A DNA stretch of 64,000 bases from Octopus vulgaris (Eukaryota), in assembly GCA_951406725.2 (NCBI GenBank), contig OX597818.1, forward strand, positions 143,778,001-143,842,000, written 5' to 3'. The notes below the pieces were generated by a model, which saw only the letters and a list, made by a program, of their open reading frames with translations, ran no database searches and was not told where the DNA came from. Made by a program: the position numbers and the translations under genes. Positions 13,322-27,536 of the stretch are shown here, in pieces (within the stretch, counting starts at the first letter, position 1; each line of letters opens with the position of its first letter).

Positions 13322-14553
13322 TTGGGTTGGCCTAAAAATTTGTTCGGTTTTTATCGGCTCTAAACTCCAAACACTCTTCAATCGTCGGATCTAAATTTCA
13401 AGCACTCTTCAGTCTTTCCTTGCGCATGCACATTCGTTAGAAACTCAACACTTCAACGTAGTTCGATGCAGACTTGCGACGAGTCAAATTGTATTTTGTG
13501 TGCCTGAGATCACACTGAAAAAGGAGAATCAAAACTAACATTGTCGATACTGCATGCTTCTTTTATATTTTTGAAACAAGGCAAGAAAGCGACGGAAACC
13601 TGCAGGAAGATTTACGCTGTATACGGAGAGAATAATGTTACAGAACATGTATGCCAGAAGCGGATTTTCAAGATTTCGATTTGGAAATTTTTCGGTTCAA
13701 CATGCTCCTCGATCTGACCAGCCGAAATTAACAGCGACAAAATGAAGAAAATACTTAACACCAACCCCCAAAATACGACCAGGGTGATTCAGATACTCCA
13801 CAAATATCCAAATCGAATGTTAGAAAACCATCTGCCTCAACTTGGTTTCATCAACAGCCTCCATGTTTGGATCCTACATCAATTGAATGAGGCTAACCTC
13901 GCCCAACGGATTTCCATTTGTGATTTGTTGCAGAAACGTAGAGAGAATTATCCTTTTTTCAAAGAGAATGGTGACAGGGCATGAAAGATGGATCGCCAAC
14001 GATCGTGAGAGAAGCGTGGCAAACCACACAAAAATCTCCAAAGCAGGGTTTCACTTGAAGAAGGATATGCTTTCAATTTGGTGGGATTAGAAGGGTATTG
14101 TCTTTTACGGGCTTCTTCCTACGGGTAAAACCATCAATCCGGATGAGTAGTGTAACCAGCTGGACAAATTAAACGCAACGATCTGCATCGTCATTCATCA
14201 CGACAATGTCGAACTACACACTTTTTTGCTGAGGCGGCAGAAGTTACTGGGGCTTGGTTGGGAAGTGTTGCCGCATCCTCTATGTTCGTCCGACATTTCA
14301 GTCCTCCACTTATTTCGGTCTCTTGAAAATTTATTGAATAGACAAACCTTCAACTAAGAAGAAGCTGTAAAAATTTGCTTGGAAGAGTTTTTCGCCAGTA
14401 AAGACGGGAAATTCTTCGAGCATGGAATAATGGTTTTGTCCACATTGCAGGAGATACTAGAACGAATATCATTGACTGAATAAACCACTTCATCATTAAA
14501 GCTTGTCTTATTTTTGCTTAAAAAAAAACGAACGAACTTTTTAGTCACCCCAA
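13322..14553 (+). mobile_element. Full-length but defective mariner (Tc1/mariner) DNA transposon
   Basis: Flanked by TA at 13320-21 and 14554-55. Imperfect TIRs: TTGGGTTGGCCTAAAAATTTGTTCGG versus reverse-complemented TTGGGGTGACTAAAAAGTTCGTTCGT. Degenerate transposase motifs WILHQL (WVPHEL), RMVTGHERW (TGDEKW), MLSIWWD, HHDNVELH (HDNARPH), WEVLPHPLCSSD (YSPD) and HLFRSL. Length ~1.23 kb, frameshifted. Confidence 0.93.
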
Positions 14554-14701
14554 TAAATGCATTTTTTTAGCCATGATACCATAAAGATGTCTTTATTCTA
14601 ATTTGATTCCCACTTGTAAATTTCAACGAACTAGTTGCTTTAAACCTAGCTGGAATATCGAATGAAAAAAATACACATAAATGAGTAATTACTAGAAGTA
14701 T

Positions 14702-14895
14702 ATTGAGTTCTTCATAACCAGCTGATCTAGCAAGCGGGGCCTCATATCAGTGAGGGGGGCCGGTGCGCATTGATGCCGTCGAGAGGTAGGCCCCGAAACG
14801 GCGCGCATTCTCTCCTGATGACCCCATACACTTGCTAGCTTCCGATATACGGAGCTTTTAACTGGTAGCACTTGCATGTGCAAGTTGTTTGCAAG
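14702..14895 (+). repeat. Structured dispersed repeat, copy 2 (long hairpin with hammerhead-like core motifs)
   Basis: GC-rich island with nested complementary blocks CTAGCAAG/CTTGCTAG, GGGG/CCCC, ATCAG/CTGAT, TGCGC/GCGCA and GCCGT/ACGGC. Homologous to 8182-8336. Confidence 0.7.
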
Positions 14896-15189
14896 ACATC
14901 TGACTTTTATTAATCTTGAGGTTATTATGAAGAAAACTAATTTTCGTCTACACTTTATAGAAGAATGCGAGCATTTATGAAGTATTAGTATAGATGTTTA
15001 TTAAGTGGTCGTGAGCTTCTGGATTTTTGAACTATACGGAGACAACATGAATTAAACGACGCAAAACTTAAAATTATGAAGTAAAAAACGCCATCATTAT
15101 AGTATCGTCTGACATCTACCGGATGAATGTTTTCTCTTGTAAATATTATTGCGAATGAGAATTCTGGAAGTTGTTTTCAGTGTTCTTGT

Positions 15190-15420
15190 TGCTATTCCTG
15201 CTGGTTTGGCTTAGTCCCAGATCAGCCTTGTTCGTGTAGACCTATAGTAAAAAGCATTCCAGCTACGACCATCAAGTTTTTAATTTAATTTTTTTTGTAG
15301 CAGTAGTGTATTTAGGACCACATTATCTACATATTTTGTAAAGACGGTTGGATGTTATATGATAGAGATTTGGTAACTTTTTATAGTAAATAGAGTGATT
15401 ATGTAAATGCTCGTTCTTTG
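15190..15420 (-). repeat. Unclassified dispersed repeat (family C)
   Basis: ttagtcccagatcagccttg...agacctat...cattccagctacgaccatc...aggaccacattatc...gagatttgg is shared with 40140-40350, 59850-60205 and 60630-60885. Confidence 0.65.
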
Positions 15421-16703
15421 TCTATAATCAATTATCAATTTTCTATAAATTACTATAATTTTGACAGCAGAGAGGTTCGTGGTCATTACTCTTGAAAACT
15501 CTATAGTCATAAGGGCTATGAGCTTAACTTGTAACTTTTCTAGTCAGTAGGACACGTGTGACAAGGGCAAAATGATGACGGTTGTGACCACGATGATGTC
15601 AGCCAGTGAGAACATTCAGATTCTAACTTTCTTGCAACCACACGATCCAGATTACCACTAGATAATGGAAATATTTTCTCCGCCGCAACACAAGATGTTT
15701 ATAATCTATTCACAATAATGATTTAACAGCCAATGAGAGATGAGAGATGAGTTCAGAGGTCTTGAATAGAGATATGGACTTATTGGCATGCACATGTTAT
15801 GTTCGAAGCAAATGTGTGTGTGTCTGAGTGTAAGTAGATCGGCAACAAATAAAGTTAGAAGCCATCTTGTAATTATCAGAAGTACTAAATGTAAATTCTA
15901 AAAAGCAGAAAATAGAATTTGGATGATGCTTTTGCGGCAGCCATCTTTGGACTTGATCAGCTTTTCCAACTTTTACTATCGAGACACATTTTAGTAAATC
16001 TATGATCTTTGCGAACTTTTATAAATTCAAAAGGAGTGCGCTTTCCAAAAAATATTGTGCCTTAACTCTTATGCCAGTTCTTTATTGCATAACATATTCA
16101 TAAGCATTTCAAATCTTATTAAATATTCCAAAATTAAAAGAATTTGTCTTCAGGATCCTATTTACGTTTCATAGGTTAACCACTGCTAAGCTAGAGAGAG
16201 ACAACGGCATTATTAACAACAATTACAAATAACAACATCATTTAACATGTTCTACAATAACAAAAACAAGAAACCAGATAAATATTTCATATACAAGTAA
16301 TGTTTTATTGATTCGTTTTGTATTTCGAGTTTTGTACAAAATTTCTGAAGGCCACTGTAAGATGAATTTTTTATGGGGGGGATGGGAGAAATATAATTGT
16401 GTAAATTGAAACAACACAGAAAGATATGTCCGATATAACATAAAAGAAAAGAGAAACATTAAAACACAATTGTCTTTTAATGAACAAACAAACAAAAATG
16501 TCTTTTTTTAATCAGCACTCTTAACCCCGAACTAAATTCTGGCTTAAGGGTTATAAATATTGACCTCTTTATCAGTAGTTCATGCCACCAGACCACTTCA
16601 AAAAATATTTTCATTATTTGGTTTATGGAAATTCATGAAGTATTGTGACAATTTACTTCAATAATTCAGATTTGATACAGTAATATTAATTGTGGTAATA
16701 ATG

Positions 16704-16779
<76 letters not shown>

Positions 16780-18899
16780 TAATAACTGTTTAAGGGTCTT
16801 AAAACATATGTTATTTTTCTTGCATATTTAGTACTTAATATGGTATAAAGGTCATGATATTATCACTAATATTATTGTTATAAAATACTCTACCATGGAA
16901 GCCAAATTAGTTATTTGTTTCTTCACACACGCATGTTTTTATCAGAGAGATACGTGCTCATTAACTTATATTGCAAAGAATAAATAGGATATCACTAAAA
17001 AGCACTTATATGCGTGCGCATAAACATATACATACGTATTAAGCATGTAAATGGAAGATTCAAATATGCCAGTATGAATGGAAGTATTATGTATGAATGT
17101 AAAAGTCTACATATATACCACATACGCACACTGATGGAAAACAACCTGGAAAATGATGAACCTAGAAATGTATAATTTCCAAATGGTCTTGTAACAGAAA
17201 ATGTCGAAAAAAAAAAACCAGCAATTGCTTAAATTTTCTCCTGGTTTGGTTGGAATGTTTTCTAAATTTTTTCTTTTAGGGAATTTCTAGCTGCTGGCAG
17301 GAATACGACACCTCCCAGCCTTTTATTCAAAATGTGTTTCATCTTATTTTTGATAAAACAATGGAAGACCTTTGTATTAAAAAACATTAAACTTAAAATT
17401 CTTATATTTTCTGCAGCTGGTGCCAGATATTTTCACAACCTTTTCAATATTAGCTGAATATAGAATACCCACCTACAATTCAAAGAATGAAAAGCTTTTA
17501 GATTTAAGATTGAAATCCCCCATTGGGATGGAAAATAATTTACGTTATGTTATTTCTATTTCATTGTTGAAGAATTGGTAATTTTTATATTTTTATAGAA
17601 TCAGATTGAAACACTTTCCAGTTTCCCTTTTTCAAAGGAATCACTTTGCAGAAATATGCTTTTCCATACATGGTAAATGAATAACAATAATTTAACTGAA
17701 TATATATATATATATCCTTTTAAAAAGAATATTATAGCTTGGTAACCGTATTTATGTATGCTGCGGTCACTACATTGCTAAAAAGGCATTGCTTTGGGTG
17801 AAAATTTATTGCTTAGATTTAGACATTTTTACGTTTTGCATGTTAGACATCTCTATTTAAACTTCATTCCTGTTTACTCACTTCTTTCTCTCATTTACAC
17901 GCGAAAATACACACGCCCACATACACACATACACACACGCACACACACACACGCACATACACACACACTTTCCCTATCTCTCTATCTCTCTCCCTCTCTC
18001 TCTCTTTCTCTCTCTGTCTCCAGTTATACCCTTCCATATTTTTCCTATCAGTTTCGATTTCTTCTCTTTCCCTTGTACCTCTCTTACAAACTCTTTTTTC
18101 ATTCTCTTCTCTGTTTCTTTCTATGCTTTCTTTCTTACTTCCTTTCTCTCTCTCTCTTTCTTCCTCTTTCTCCCTTCTCTCTTTTTTATTTATCTACTTC
18201 TCTAGTCCAACTTTCAATAGATGTTTTGTCATAAAATACAAATGTACATATTTTTCACAACCAACGGCTCTTCAAATTGGAACCAGATAAGTTCATTTGT
18301 TATTCTTTCAATTTCTTTTTTTTTTTTTCATCTGGAACAAGAACACACTTATTGTTTGTAAATTGTCTTAATAACATTCATTAAAAAAATTACCTATCAA
18401 AGATTTTGAAGGTTAGTTTAAAAATTCTTGTATATTTCGTAAACCCGCTTGCTAATGACACTTGGTTCAGTCAGTTAAAATACTAACAAAATAGTTTTAA
18501 AAAATTGTTCTGGTTTGGTCTGGTGATAAAAATTACAGATTTTGAGGCATTTAAATGGAATTGTTATTATCACCACTTATTACTATTACCTAGTCTTCGT
18601 CATCATTGTCCTCATTATCACCCAGCGCTCTAAATACGTGAGCCATGTTAATGCAGTTTTTTTCTTTTCTTTTTCTTCCCCGTCCCCCTTTATTATTGAG
18701 GATGCAGAGGAGAGGGTTTATCGTCAATTTGTAACTAGCAGATAGAAACTACAGACATATAAAAGGGCAATAATTGGCTACACCGGAATAAGATGCAATA
18801 TAAAATTTATCGCACACACACACACACACACAAATTATGATAATAGATATAATAGATAAAGCTTCCCACCATTTCAATTTTATGGTATGTATGCATGTG

Positions 18900-19178
<279 letters not shown>

Positions 19179-19659
19179 GCACATACACACACATACACAC
19201 AAAGTTTCGGAATTGGATGGGATAAGCTTGGAAGAACCATATAAATGAACAGCATAAAAAAAATAGTGAAACGTAGGAAGTACAAAATGTCTTGAGAGAT
19301 CACACATCTTATTTCCTTTGATTACAGTTTGGAATATCTCGTACGATTTTTACATATATTCCTGTAAATAATAATAACAATGACTCTATATAATAAAATT
19401 TAGAAAAAGGAAGATACTAGTCTCATTACGTACTGACTTCATCGGTGTTTCACGTGACACTCGAAGCTAATGGAATGCAAAGGCAAAAAGAAGTTTGTGC
19501 AAAATGCACGTTCAATGTCTTCAACATTGAAATCGAATAATACTTTTATAAACAAGCTATAATTTATATCTCTTGATCATCATTAAATGTTTGTGTTTGA
19601 TTTGATGGTGCCAACGGTTGGACTGGATAGGATATTTGATGTTGCTACTATAACTATTT

Positions 19660-20022
19660 TGTTGTTGCTGTTGTTGTTGTTACTGCTACTGCTGTTGTGG
19701 TGGTGGGTGGTGGTGGTGGTGGTGGTGGTGGTGGTGGTGGTGGTGGTGGTGGTGGTGGTGGTGGTGGTGGTGGTGGTGGCGGCGGCGGCGGCGGCGGTGA
19801 TGGTAGTGGTGGTTATGGTTGTGGTGGTGGTGGTGGTGGCGGCGGCGGCGGTTGTGGTGGTGGTGGTGGTGGTGGTGGTGGTGGTGGTGGTGGTGGTGAT
19901 GTTGGTGGTGGTGGTGGTGGTGGTGGTGATGTTGGGGTTGGTGGTGGTGGTGGTGGTGGTGGTGGTGTTTGCTGCTACTGTTTTTATTGTTGTTGTTGTT
20001 ACTGCTGTTGCTGCTGCTGCTG
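19660..20022. repeat. (GGT)n/(GGC)n/(GTT)n compound trinucleotide tract
   Basis: Seen directly. A similar compound tract is at 31512-31776. Confidence 0.95.
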
Positions 20023-20685
20023 TTATAGGGACGGGCTACTCATCACTAATTCGGCATTTGTTTCATAGATGGTTCTGTGATTTATTTCGGCTTTGTGAAA
20101 GAACATTATAAATAATTTTGGGGGGCTCTAATAAGCAACAGAAAGACAAATATTATCAAACATGTAACTGCTACATGTTGACTTAAAGTTGACTGTAGTA
20201 ACTATGTCTTTGTAAACTGCGTGTGAGTGCGAACGAACTGCAAAAAGTGCCCTACTAAGTCTTAGAAAATGTTTAGCCGACAGTGAAAGTTGATTTCCTA
20301 TAAATGCTACTTAACTTAAACACACAAAGACTATTTATTTCAAATTATTTCACTAGCACACACAAGTACGTACAAACCTACATGCGTACATACACAAGCA
20401 TACAATTATGGTAGGGAAATCAGATTGATTTCGAATTTCCTCCACTCAGAGACAGTCAATGTCATTCATTCGGGCAGGTGACTCGGTATCGTTTCAAGAA
20501 ACGTTAATCGCATCCAGTCTTAATTAAAAGATAAGAGATCGTATAACGTGTCTCTCTAATAATAGAAGAAACATTACGTATTCAATGCCACATCAACAGC
20601 CACAAATACAGCAACTTCCAATTCCACTTCTTCCATAATCATTATTGCCACCAACTCCATCACCACTAACACAACGGAAAATGCT

Positions 20686-21776
<1,091 letters not shown>

Positions 21777-23151
21777 TACTTCGCAACTACGTGATTCCGA
21801 GATCGTTCTCACTGCGCGGCACCTGGATAAGCAGCTTCCACACATGCATGTGTGTGCTTGTGTTTGTATTCTATACAAACACATATATGTGTATATATAA
21901 GTATATACATACACATACACGCGCTCGCGCACACCACACACCACACACATACATATTACATATGTGCGCGCGCGTGTGTGTGTGTATTAGGAAGAGCAAC
22001 AGATCCTCGACTGATAACAACTGATACCAACGTGGTTAGCTGGTAAATGAGCGAACGGTGTTGGTTGCATACAAGTTAGGATGCTTTCTTTTGGTTGGTT
22101 GATTGACTGGTAGGTAGATAGATCACTTCTTGGAAGAGCCCCAAGTATATTGATTGATTCTTTTGTGTAATATCGATCAGCTAAATGGTAACTGGCTCTT
22201 TACCTCTCTCTACTTCTTTTTTTGTTTTTCCTCCGTCAGTTCTTTTGATATTTCTTATTTTATCATTCATTTTCTCCTGTCTTCTTTCTCTTCTCCACTT
22301 TCCTCTCTCCTCCTCTTCTTCTTCGTCTTTATATTTGCCTCCTCCTCCTCCTACCATTCCTTTATTGACTTTCTTCTCGTGGTCTTCTCTGTTAACAACC
22401 TGTTAGACATCAGAATCAACAGCTAGTAGCAAGCAACACGTAGCATTCCGAAGCTTTTAAAATCTACAAGGTTTTAGCCGGTTGTTGCTGCTGCCGGTGC
22501 TACAGCAGTCCTAGATTCATCGACTAAATTTGTTGGCAAATAGTGAATAAAAAGAAAAAGAAGTAAAAAGGAAAGATAAGAAAAAGGAAAGTTAAACGTT
22601 TTTGATACTGATACCAAAGTGTCAAATTTAGAGGAGTTAATAATATAATCAAAAGCTTTTATAAAACTTCTTTGTTATGCTTGGGGTCCTAGATTTTTAA
22701 GGGAATAGAAGTGATGAATTCGAACAGTCGTTCTGCTTGTCAAGGGCATATATAACATAACTGAAGTTCAACAGCAATAATTGGAAATCGAATTGGCTAG
22801 AGGACTTCTTTCTTCTACAAACATGGAGCCTCGAATTGATTCAAAAAGATAGGGATGTTGTGACATTTATTCATTTCCAACAGAATCATGGTCTGTATAG
22901 AACAGTTATAGCTGGAAATGGGAAATAAGGAAATAGCTTTTTTAGACTACGGTAGCATAATGATGACGACGATCATGAAAAAATGTGAAGACGCTGACGA
23001 TGGTGATGATGATGATGATATTAATGATATTATTAACAATATGAATAATAATTATGCTTTGTAATTTCTATATATAGGATATAATCCGATTTACACGTGC
23101 CCAAACATATGCATACACACATATATAAATACTTATGGACAATTTCTAAAT

Positions 23152-23220
<69 letters not shown>

Positions 23221-23627
23221 TGTGAGTGTAAGAAAGAAAGAAAGTGAAAGAATGACACGAGGGAAAGAAAGAGTATTTGTATGCGTGTGCTAGTGTCTGT
23301 ACCTCCCAAAATCAGACGATCATCTGTATTAAAATTATCAAGGTCGTCCCGGACTTCATGACGTATTACTTACGTCATTCACAATGTTCTTTCGAATCAA
23401 TGTTAAAATAGTTACCAAATTTAAATATCTACGTTCATGTACATACACGTACACACAGACAGACACGCATGCACATACAAACACACACACACACACAGAG
23501 TCACAGATATAGTCACACATATAGTCACAAATCCGTCTATAGAATGAAATTCACACAGATTCTCAGATGTATGTGTACATACATATATACGAATACATGT
23601 GCAAACAAATAAATACATACATATATG

Positions 23628-23661
<34 letters not shown>

Positions 23662-23703
23662 TGTATGTATGTATGTATGTATGTATGTATGTATGTATTT
23701 GTG

Positions 23704-23757
<54 letters not shown>

Positions 23758-24065
23758 GTGAATATGTTTCTTTCGTCCAACCAGCATCCAAGCTAAAAGT
23801 ATTACTAAATTACTTTGCAGATAACCCTGTATATAAGTACAATTGTATAAACAGTAATATATTTTTGCTAAGAATACAATTAATTGCATAAATGTGGGAT
23901 CTGAAATGATTATTTGACCCGTAGTCATATTTTATGAACCTGTTGGGGCAAAATTTCAGAATACACAGCTCACTTGTAAATTCACCCCTTAAAAAAATGT
24001 AATAATATATTTTCAAGAACATTTATGTCTAAATAATTGTGTGTACATTTTTATGTATACAGTTG

Positions 24066-24112
<47 letters not shown>

Positions 24113-24278
24113 TGCGCTTGTGTGTGAGTGTATTATATACCTACACATACACACACACATATATTTGTGAATATGTATATGTAGTTGTACGTCTTATATT
24201 ACATGTATGTATTGTATTCATATATAGGACTATATATGTACATATACATATAAAAATATTCGTGTATGTGAAAGAGAG

Positions 24279-24321
<43 letters not shown>

Positions 24322-24643
24322 CTGTGTTTGTATGTTACCTAGCCCATCGACCAGAAACACATATACACACACAGGCATATAGAGAAAGAAATAGCCCACA
24401 AAAATCACTTAAATGAAAACAAATGAAATTAAGAACAGTTCCGCTCAAAAAAGTCCACCCACCACCCACCCGCCGCCACATATGTCATACTTCTAAGCCA
24501 GATGCAACTTCCATTCCAAAAGCCCCACAGATCGAAGAATCAAGAACATGATGAGTATCCTAGTCAATTTGTAGCATTTTGGTTTCCAGTACCTACTGAA
24601 CATAAATACATACATACATACATACATACATACATACATACAT

Positions 24644-24678
<35 letters not shown>

Positions 24679-24912
24679 GGTAGGTAGGTAGGTAGGTAGG
24701 TAGGTAGGTATGTAGGCAGGCAGGCAGGCAGGCAGGCAGGCCGCACACGCTGTGTATATTTGCATACATGCATATATACATATAGCCACATATATTTATA
24801 TGAATATGTATATATACACATATGTATGTATACATACATACAACATATATGTACATACATATTCAGGCATGATCACACATTGAGACATACACACATGTAT
24901 AAAGAAACAGAC

Positions 24913-24953
<41 letters not shown>

Positions 24954-25306
24954 TAGACAGAGATAGTGTAAGGTGGTAGATTTGCGTGCGAACTATACCA
25001 TATTCGATGACATTGAATAAAAATATAGCTATATTGGCTAGGTAAGAAAGCTTTCTGCTGTAGGCAAAAAATATCGGTAACTATGTGGATAACTTTGTAA
25101 GCTATATGTTGGCACGATTTTGCAAATTTAATTAACACAAAAGGTATTATTTCTTATTTATAAAATCATCAAAACCTATGTAAATTTTCAAAACTAAATA
25201 TGTTTTATTTGTGCATATAGGTGTCTACCTGTACGTGGTGGGTGGATGCGCGAATGTATATTTGTGTAGAGAGGAATGCAGGATGCATTTGGTTGTGTGC
25301 GTGTGT

Positions 25307-25394
<88 letters not shown>

Positions 25395-26735
25395 TATTGT
25401 ATATCTGAGAGACAGTGAGAGAGTGAGTGAATGGTTGAATGGGTGAACTGGTTTTGTTAAACACTAAAATCTTAGAAAAATATGATCTCAGCAACCATTC
25501 TTAGCTAAAAGATTCAAGAGCGTAATTGAAAAATCAATAGGACGGCTGGTGGGCGAGCCAAACACATTCCCATGTATCTATTCTTAGATTACGTACAGTA
25601 TAAGGCTTATTTCTTCGAGAAGCTGCTAAGTTCGTTCACTAACATATCATATATATGACTCTTAGAATCAATTCGTTATTATAATTTGATCAATGTAACA
25701 CAAGTATCAGATCTAGTGTAGAACAAAACTTACTTTTATAGTATCTTGAGGTTTTACTCTTTTAAAGAGATTAAAGTCGTCACAAACTGTTTATTGCTGA
25801 AATGCTTCTTTTAATAATTACACTTATTTTAATGCAATGATAATAGTAATGAATGTACATTTTATTTATTTTAATTTTTTTTTTGTGTGTGATATTTTAA
25901 TTTTCTATTGATTTTTTTATGTCTGAAGAATTTTTAATTGTTTTACTTCATGTGATTGTGTATTTTTTCTGGCGGGAACGTTTTTATCCTTGTATAAACA
26001 ATGATAAAACTTTAATGTATTTTGTCTTCAAGAGAAATTATTCGTTGCAATGATAATGTGTTGTCTTTAGAAGCATTGAAAAAAGAGATCATTATCGAAA
26101 TAGGAATGTTTGCAAAGTTTTTCGCAAATTTTATGAGGAATGTTTGTTTTTCTTTTTCATTTATTATTATCCAAACGTTGCATAAGATAATACCGTTGGC
26201 GTTAAAACAATATCACATGAGATGCGATTTTTAAAAAATCACCATTTGGTGGATAAGAGCAAATTACTTTGACACTTGCTGTTGACAGCAATATTTCGTG
26301 AAACACCATTGGTAACAATATACACATATTTCTTTTTAATTAATAAATCAAAACAATCACAACGATATCAAATGAACCGCCATACAATGAATATAGTTTC
26401 TAAGATTACAGCGGAAGTCCTTGAGCTGTACAGCAGTATTGCATGGATTATCATTGATGATATAAACCAAAGGTTAAAACAAAAACATCATTGTTATATT
26501 CAATACTATTGAGGTACAAAATAGATCCAAAAACAAATATATCATACACAAATTAAACAAAATTACATAAGAGGGATATGTGTACAATAAACAGTGTTAC
26601 ACTTGATATCGTTGATAATAGAAATGATATTACAAGGAAGACCATTGATTTTTAAAAATAAAAAAAAAACATCACAAGTGTAAAACTCTAAACAAAAGTT
26701 CATTGATTATTGAAATTATCAGCAGCAGCAGTAGC

Positions 26736-26781
<46 letters not shown>

Positions 26782-27040
26782 GTGGTAGTAGTAGTAGTAG
26801 TTGTTGTTGTTGTAGCTGTTGTTCTTATGACTTTGATGTCTGTCATTATTTAGTTTTGTAATTTTGTAATGTTAACTATTTTTCATTCTTCCTATCCATG
26901 CGCATGCGCATATCTATGTGTGTATGTGTTTTTATGCAGATTTATGTACTTGACATTTCTAAATTAAAAGCCTATTCAGATTAAAGTTAAACCATAAACA
27001 TTTTTTAAAATCATTACAAGAAAAAATAATAAATCGTTTT

Positions 27041-27100
27041 AGTTAGGTGGAATTGAACTCACACCTTCGGATTCCGGCCGAATGGTTTTATCGGTTAAGA
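27041..27100 (-). mobile_element. tRNA-like SINE head fragment
   Basis: The minus strand reads CATTCGGCCGGAATCCGAAGGTGTGAGTTCAATTCCACC, an anticodon-arm-like TTCGG/CCGAA followed by B-box-like GAGTTCAATTC. No full cloverleaf. Confidence 0.35.
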
Positions 27101-27463
27101 AACTTGACAGGAAAATATATCCAGTGGTTCATAATATGATTTAACTTTAATGTATGTTCATGTGTATCATGATGTATGTACGTACGTTTGTATGTGTGTA
27201 TGCGTGAGAGCATATGCGCGCTTCGTGTGAGGTCAGTTTCAAGAAGAAAAAAAATAGAAACAGAGAAATATAACAAAGATACATTTTCTATTTTTCATTT
27301 TTTTAAAAAATTGGGTTGTTGGTGACTAAACCAACTTGAGGCACAGTAAGTAGTAACGTCTACAAATCACTCGAATTTAAAATTAAATCATCATTCTCTA
27401 CTTTGAATGCATATAAACAATAACATTTATGAACATTTCTTTCTCATTTAAGTTTGGTCTGCA

Positions 27464-27536
<73 letters not shown>

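Noticed and set aside
19695-19967. Glycine-rich protein ORF or G-quadruplex element
   Set aside because: It is a plain (GGT)n microsatellite with no splice or codon evidence, and two-G runs give at most weak quadruplexes.
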